From a virus (lineage: Duplodnaviria > Caudoviricetes): a stretch of 24,921 nucleotides of DNA. Location of the stretch: positions 1 to 24,921 of the IMG/VR virus record IMGVR_UViG_3300025277_000146, one strand, 5' to 3'. The position numbers were made by a program, and so were the translations under genes. The notes beneath the pieces were generated by a model that had not been told where the DNA came from, did no database searches, and worked only from the letters and a program-made list of their open reading frames with translations. How positions within the stretch are numbered: position 1 is the first letter of the stretch; the number at the start of each line of letters is the position of its first letter. Shown one piece after another: positions 23,050-24,921 of the stretch.

Positions 23050-24921
23050 ATGCCCAAAATAGAACTATCACCAGAAGCAGAATATAACCAAGACCTATAT
23101 AGGCAGTGGCGTGACGCTCGGTCGGATTGGGATACTGAAGCTCGCAAAGATACAGACTTTTATCTTGGAAATCATTTCACAAGTAATGAGTCTAGCGAGT
23201 TATCGTCCCGTAATCAGGCTGATGTTCCGATGGATAGGATTTCTCCTGCCATTGAGAAACTCAAAGCAGTCTTAACAGCACGCCCACCTGCTTTCACTGT
23301 ATTACCGAGAGAAGATTCCGATGTAAAAGTTGCTTCCGTGTGGAGGGATATTCTTGGATATGTCTGGGATATTTCTGAGGGTGACAACCAGCTGAAGCAG
23401 GCCATTACAGACTATGCTGTAGCCGGTGTTGGTTATTTATATGCATATGTAGACCAAGAAGCAGATTTTGGTAGAGGTGACGTCAAGTTCACGTATGTTA
23501 ATCCCTTTCGTGTATATGTACCGCCTGACTGTAGGGATAGGTGGTTCTCGGATGCTGAGGGCATCATCCTTTCTACTATAATGACTGGTGAGCAGGTCGT
23601 TAACCTCTACCCACAATTAGGAGACCAGCTGGACGCTGAGACAGGAGAGTCAATTCGTGGTCTTATTCATGATATTTCTACTTACAATGAAGAAGACTAT
23701 CCCGATGCACAGAATACTAATTCTATGGCCGTATTTACTCCTGCGGAAGTAAAAGATAAACAGTTTTCAAGTTCGTACAATAATCAGAAGTATCAGATAT
23801 TAGAAAGATTTTATCAAACGAAAGTTCCTTTTTATCGTGTGATTGATGCTCGTAATGGAAGTGAGCAACTGCTTGACGAAGAGGCATTCACTACATTGCT
23901 TGACGAAAGTCCCGGCATGCTTGAGCGAGGGTTCTTGCAATTCGAGGAAGTATTACAAACACGAATAGCGGTTACGGCTACTATTGGAGAGCTTGTATTA
24001 TATGAAACGATTTATAATATAGATGCATACCCGATAGTGCCCTTACCAAATATTTGGACCGGAACGCCCTATCCCAAGTCCGATATTTCACGTGCAAGGC
24101 CTATGCAACGGTTACTGAATAAATTGTGGTCCTTGGCTCTCTCGCACGCACAGGCGTCGGCCGGATTGAAGCTTATTGTACCTGCAGGCTCTGTTGATAG
24201 TTTATCAGACCTTGAAAGAGAGTGGTCAAATCCAAATGCTGTTATCGAAGTAGACACCACTCAGGGCGAACCTCATTATCCTTCACCACAACCATTATCA
24301 GCAGAGTTTTACAGATTAATTCAACAGGCGGAGCATTATATAGATTTTATATTTGGCATTCCTGAGATGGTGCATGGCTTCGCAGAGCAGGCTCCAGATA
24401 CCGTGAGAGGTACTGAGCGTATGGTGGCTATGGGAAGCGATAGGCCAAAGTCTAAACTCAGGGATATTGAATTTAGTATTAATCGTCTTGGTAGAGTATT
24501 GTATTGCTTGGCAAAGGGCCATTATACATTTCCAAAGATGTTTACATTAACACAAGCCAATAACGACATGACCGAAAGAATGGTTAATGTGTATGATGAT
24601 AAGAGTGAGGCTGTGAACGACATACAACAAGATAGATTGAATATTGGCCAGCACGATGTACGTATACAATCAGGAAGTACACTTCCTGAAAGCAAGTGGG
24701 CAACATTTGGTGTATATCTAGAGGCTTTTCAGCTTGGTATTATTGATAGAGTGGAGGTATTGAAGAAGAATCCTGAGATATTCGATAAAGAAGGAATATT
24801 GCAGAGAATGGATGAAATGGAGCAAATGAGGCAGTTAGTAAATAATATGGATGCCCAGATTAAGAATCTAGAGGGTGACTTACAGACTGCACAGAGAGAA
24901 ACAATGCACGCCAAGCAACAG
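23050..24921 (+). CDS. Portal protein (P22-like), truncated by the window end (at least 624 aa)
   Basis: ATG 23050 MPKIELSPEAEYNQ..DFYLGNHF..PMDRISPAIE..PREDSD..ARPMQRLLNK; no stop seen to the window end, consistent with its absence from the ORF track; position after terL. Confidence 0.85.
   Translation, partial: MPKIELSPEAEYNQDLYRQWRDARSDWDTEARKDTDFYLGNHFTSNESSELSSRNQADVPMDRISPAIEKLKAVLTARPPAFTVLPREDSDVKVASVWRDILGYVWDISEGDNQLKQAITDYAVAGVGYLYAYVDQEADFGRGDVKFTYVNPFRVYVPPDCRDRWFSDAEGIILSTIMTGEQVVNLYPQLGDQLDAETGESIRGLIHDISTYNEEDYPDAQNTNSMAVFTPAEVKDKQFSSSYNNQKYQILERFYQTKVPFYRVIDARNGSEQLLDEEAFTTLLDESPGMLERGFLQFEEVLQTRIAVTATIGELVLYETIYNIDAYPIVPLPNIWTGTPYPKSDISRARPMQRLLNKLWSLALSHAQASAGLKLIVPAGSVDSLSDLEREWSNPNAVIEVDTTQGEPHYPSPQPLSAEFYRLIQQAEHYIDFIFGIPEMVHGFAEQAPDTVRGTERMVAMGSDRPKSKLRDIEFSINRLGRVLYCLAKGHYTFPKMFTLTQANNDMTERMVNVYDDKSEAVNDIQQDRLNIGQHDVRIQSGSTLPESKWATFGVYLEAFQLGIIDRVEVLKKNPEIFDKEGILQRMDEMEQMRQLVNNMDAQIKNLEGDLQTAQRETMHAKQQ

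Noticed and set aside
1-24921. Prophage boundary, integrase, introns/inteins or stop-codon recoding
   Set aside because: No integrase or host genes; DnaB, TerL and portal look uninterrupted and of ordinary size; all three stop codons end genes normally

Overview
A 24.9-kb segment of a tailed dsDNA bacteriophage (Caudoviricetes) genome with no recognisable host genes, in three blocks. (1) 1-2755 (+): the end of a rightward, probably late, region carrying a cassette of effector-like proteins. Two have ADP-ribosyltransferase-like motifs and a shared N-terminal motif (one is split by a -1 frameshift); the third has a zincin-like motif. (2) 2822-17087 (-): a ~14-kb leftward early/replication region with DnaB helicase, HNH nuclease, SSB-like protein, Rad52/Sak-like annealase, Cas4-like nuclease, resolvase-like nuclease, a MoxR AAA+/VWA pair, a pyrimidine-dimer glycosylase and many small ORFs. 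Most of its longer intergenic gaps hold a long RNA-like stem-loop. (3) 17731-24921 (+): DNA methyltransferase, metallophosphoesterase, small and large terminase and a truncated portal gene, with three TTGAC(A/T)-N17-TATATT promoters, two apparently leaderless. A manual scan found no GATC and no CCWGG site in the window. All family calls come from motif reading, not database searches.
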